A stretch of DNA of 64,000 nucleotides, taken from the NCBI GenBank assembly GCA_020137815.1, contig CM035360.1, positions 1,488,001 through 1,552,000 of the forward strand, in the 5' to 3' direction. The DNA is from Hormiphora californensis (lineage: Eukaryota; Animalia; Ctenophora). Numbering within the stretch: the first letter of the stretch is position 1; each line of letters opens with the position of its first letter. The notes beneath the pieces were generated by a model. That model was not told the origin of the DNA and searched no databases. It saw nothing but the letters and a program-made list of their open reading frames with translations. Position numbers and translations under genes: made by a program. Below, in pieces: positions 59,681 to 64,000 of this stretch.

Positions 59681-61072
59681 GAAATATAAGTGGAGATTTT
59701 TTAAATATTCGATCGCGCGGCGCACGTTCAACAACAAACGCAATGCAGCGTACGCACCTAAATACCGCGCGATCCAAACAACCCACATGGGTTCCATCAG
59801 AATTGGCGGGAAAAGATCTCCTCGCAGCAGTTGCAGTTGGCAACGTGTTTATACTATTCAACCACCACGTCAAGGTAATACCGAGCGTTCAGTACAACCG
59901 AAAAATCCCGGGAACAAAAAGAAAGACATTATTTTTACAATGAACTTAGCATAGTTATAAGTTATCTCGCGGCACACTAACAGTGCGGCTGATGGCTCCC
60001 CTAATTTGAAGGGAGACCATCATCATCATCGGGTCACCAACAAACTCACATCATCATCATGCAGAAACACGAGCAGGGCACCGGGATCGAAACATACTTC
60101 CCCTCTCTCTTTGCAGAGAGGGAAGATATGTCTTGTCACACCGGGGTCCTAACAAAAACACATGGTAACCCTTGTTTTCTCTCTATATCATCTATATACA
60201 CAGTTGTTGTAACACACACATATACACCTAAATAAGGAACAGAAAATAGGGCGCTTTTTTAATTTACGTATGTGTTTTATCTCATTGGAGATGGATATAT
60301 ATATAAACCATGTTTTTCTCTCTCTCTTTCTAACACAAGAAGGGAGGAGTTGTATTTAAAAAATTTATACACTTAAGATAAGAGGGGTAACCTGTGCAAC
60401 AATGATATATTGCACGACTACCCTCATACACACACATACAAACATACATATGGGTCTCTAGTTTCTAACACAGGGCAGGTAAGAAGGTTTTTGGTCGAAA
60501 ATATAATATAGGAGGAAGAAAGAAAGTCTGCTATTTTACTGGTTAATCTCTGTTCTCATTCTGGGGACATGGAAAGTCCACCGCCACACAACTTCCCAAA
60601 TATAGGCGAGGTTAGTGTGGGGTAAAGGGACGGAAAAGGGGGGTTTTGGGGCAGTAATAAATAATATGTACATGTGGGGACTGGGGGAAACTAAAACAGA
60701 GATTACGGGGCGATATAGGTCATGCTCAGATCTTCATTCAGAGAAAAAGAAAGTTACATAGTAAATATGTGTATCAAGTATGTATATAGCATAATAAATG
60801 TAGTTTTAAAAGGTGGGGGGTTTAAACATGTTATAAGGGGGTAATATTATTCTAAGATAGGGGGGTTGAAAGCTTTTCTCTCTCTCTCACATCATTTTAC
60901 ACAACACATGCACACAATAACACCATCGCCATCTTCACTTATATATATATTTTGAATATCTGTATAAATGAGAGGAAGGAAGCAATATATTCGGACTGTA
61001 ATGTAACTGGAAGACAAAGATCTATCTATCTGACATATGGGTACTGCACAGTTCACATTTTTACAAGACACA

Positions 61073-61147
<75 letters not shown>

Positions 61148-62373
61148 TCTCTCGCTCATGTATATATCTGTACACAGCACGAACATATATATATGTATAG
61201 GACGAATATATATTATATCGGTTGGATCTACAGAGCTACTTTACACTTCTTCTCTAGTTTTGTGTCATGCTCATAAAAAGTTGTGCTCCTCTATCTCACT
61301 ATCGCTTAGAGAAACAGCCAAGGCCCAGTAAACTACAACATATATGAGGGGAAAGAAAACTATGGAGGGGCCTTGTTACCACTATTATTGTGTGGTGAAT
61401 CATGTGTAACCATGGTAACTAAGGAATCAGTTACCATGGTAACCACGGTAACCAAGAAATCAGTTACCATGGTAACCACAGAAGGGGCACATTCATGGGT
61501 ACATACTTTACATATCTTTACACACACGCACACACATTAAACTATATAAAAGATAGGGAAAACACGTGTGATCAGACAGATATCCACTCCCCTCAAAATA
61601 TGTGAGGACTGTGGAATCGTCATATCACACGTTATATATAATAGTAAGGGGTGTGGAATACCCCTGCCGTAAACTTTTACAAGAAATTACAGGCTGTAGT
61701 TAAAATTGTACATTTATCTCCGTGTCTATATCTCTCGATCTCTCGCGTGATCTTTCCATCTTCGTCTCTCTCTCTCTCTCTCCGAGAGCTACTTCACTAT
61801 ATTTGTCCCATTCCTCAGAAGGCATGTGAAAGGGTTTGGAAGGCCCCGAAAGTTGATGAAGAGGGCGATCCAAAAGCGGAGGGAGAGAATTGGGGTGAGG
61901 GAAGGTTGCTTCCACCGTTGGCGAAGGGAGAGTATCCACCCATTCCGTTCATTCCTGAATAGAGAGGGGGAGATGTTAACTAGGAATTTAATTAGTGATA
62001 GATCGGGTGATATTTTAATTAGGATGATTGAAAATGATAAGAGTATGGGGAATGTCTAGTCGGGTGGTCTGGGTCTAGTCGGGGTCTTGTCTGGGAAATA
62101 TATATCTTTTGGAATTCTGGGAAATACAAATCTATTGAAATTCCATCGGAACATTGGAATTAAAAAAGGGGGGAATGCTGCACTAATTGATTGTGTGCAT
62201 GTATGGAATGTCTCGAGTGCCATTGTTCACCAGACAGAAACTAATCAAGAAGCTGACGGCAGTAAGTTGGGAAAAGGAATGTGTAATGCAAATGGAATTC
62301 GTAATGAGAATGGTATATGAGAACTATGGAATTGTCTCCTGAGAGAAATAACAAATGACCTGGATTTATGATA

Positions 62374-62789
62374 TTATTTACCTGGTAAATACTGGTTACT
62401 GGTAAGAGTAGCGGGATGGTTGATCCCAGTCGGGTTAAAATTACCCGGCTCAAAGTTGCACGGGTTGGGAGGGGAGAGAGGTTGTCCCGATTTCATGAAT
62501 GATTTCTCAAACTTGGCCAGGATGTGCTTGCCGTACGGGAACTTCCTCAGAGTCTGAAAGGTGACAAGGAGGTGAATTCTCCACTATAAAACAGAGCTAA
62601 ATTGTAAACAGAATTTACTTAAACTCAGGTAAGAATTTAACAAATTAGAAATTGAAATATACCTGGAGATGAGGTTTAATCTTGGACTGAATGGTTCGCT
62701 TCTGAGTGGGATCAGCTACATCGTACATTTTCTGGACCACGTAGTTTGCAAATTGATCCTTCATCATCGTGAACAGAGCCGGATGGGGT
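62374..62789 (-). CDS. PUM: Pumilio (PUF) C-terminal exons 62789-62663 and 62553-~62374; upstream exons lie beyond the window; exact C-terminus uncertain
   Basis: [42 protein letters not shown]|[17 protein letters not shown] is PUF repeat 8 plus the cap. Confidence 0.92.
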
Positions 62790-63633
62790 CTGAAGGGGAT
62801 GGAGTTTGGGTTAGCGATGGGGTCTGAAGAGGGATGGTAAAGTGTTAATGCGGGATGGGGTTTGAAGGGGGACGGTAGTGTTAGTGCCGGATGGGGTTTG
62901 AAGGGGGATGGTAGTGATAGGGCTGGAATTGAGGGAGCTCTGAGGGGGTAAAGTGATAAGGGTCGGGATAGAACATACTGGCATTTCCATGTGCGATTAC
63001 AATACAATCCTGCACCACTGCTGCAGAGTTGCATGCAATATGGTTTTGGCACCAGCCCAAAGCGTGGTCCATTGAGTGGCAAGATGGTGCGCGCGCCCCC
63101 TCATCGTCCCTTGAAATGCCTTCACTGGAGATGTCTCACTTCGCGCGGAATGGAATGCGCGCCATTCGCATTGTTAGAGTGCCTCGGACCTCGTGTTCTT
63201 TCGACCACCATCATGGTCGTGTGTGACATTGGAGAAAGGGAGAGAGGGAGGGAAAAAAGTAGGGTGTGAAATCGGAGAGATGTGTTAAAACTTGAAAAGA
63301 TAACACACTCACCCATCCATTGTATTGCACACTTCATCTATCAGTGTAACTCGCTGGGGCCGAGTTGAATGCGTCACACACTTTTCCACTACATTACTGA
63401 AAAAGAGAGAGCGGGGAGATTAGGGGGTGGGTGTGGCAGGGGGGCGTGGCGATAATCTGTGTTTTGGCTGTTATTCTTTCAATAGTAGTCAAAACACGAG
63501 ATCATGTCTGACAAAAATTCAGTGTCTAACAGCCACAACTAGACTTGAGACATCTACTGTTTTGTCTTGCTAATCCCCATATTTCTCTCTCTCTCTCTCT
63601 CTCTCTCTTTTCTCTCTCTCTCTCTCTCTCTCT

Positions 63634-63688
<55 letters not shown>

Positions 63689-64000
63689 CTCTCTCCTCTC
63701 TCTCTCTCACCTCAATTTCTGGTGACTCTAACTCTTTTCCTCTTAACCACTCATCTGGTGCTTACGTTCCTCCAGTCACCTGTTTCTTCCTCTTTCCCCT
63801 CTGTATCCGAGAGCTCTAGAACTTTCGGAGAAAATGGGGCAAGGTCAAGGTTTCATGATTGCTCGTCCAAACTCCCATTTCAGAATTTCGTCCATAGAAG
63901 GGTTAGAATTGGAGAAAGGGTTTTCAAGATCTGAGGTCAAGGGTAAGAATTGGAGAGAACAGGTACTCGAATCTTGGGATCCACAGACGGGTCATATCTC

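Noticed and set aside
60190-60675. Pumilio-response elements (UGUAHAUA) in the presumed Pumilio 3' UTR
   Set aside because: Only two matches noticed in ~2.4 kb of AT-rich sequence, and the UTR end is unknown; not distinguishable from chance.

Overview
Eukaryotic (animal) genomic DNA rich in introns, GA/CT microsatellites and small DNA transposons. The origin is tentatively a ctenophore (Pleurobrachia-like); this rests only on my recollection of the 109-bp 'caggaaccgaccga' repeat and is unverified. Spliced genes reconstructed by hand are: the 5' end of calnexin (-), a type I inositol polyphosphate 5-phosphatase INPP5A (+, 12 exons), four tandem paralogous small secreted two-cysteine proteins of no family I recognise (+, 29.6-38.2 kb), a DEG/ENaC channel (+), S-adenosylmethionine synthetase (-) and the 3' end of Pumilio (-). 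Mobile DNA includes a CR1-like LINE with intact ORF2 and a candidate -1 frameshift signal, an R4/Dong-like fragment in a GA repeat, three CRE-like endonuclease fragments, four long fold-back elements and several nested MITE families with readable target-site duplications (TSDs). The most unusual observations are (1) the A-B-A'-B' secreted-protein cluster, possibly polycistronic and adjacent to the DEG/ENaC gene, and (2) repeated tandem amplification of splice junctions into minisatellite arrays. Most ORFs in the supplied track are microsatellite or palindrome artefacts.
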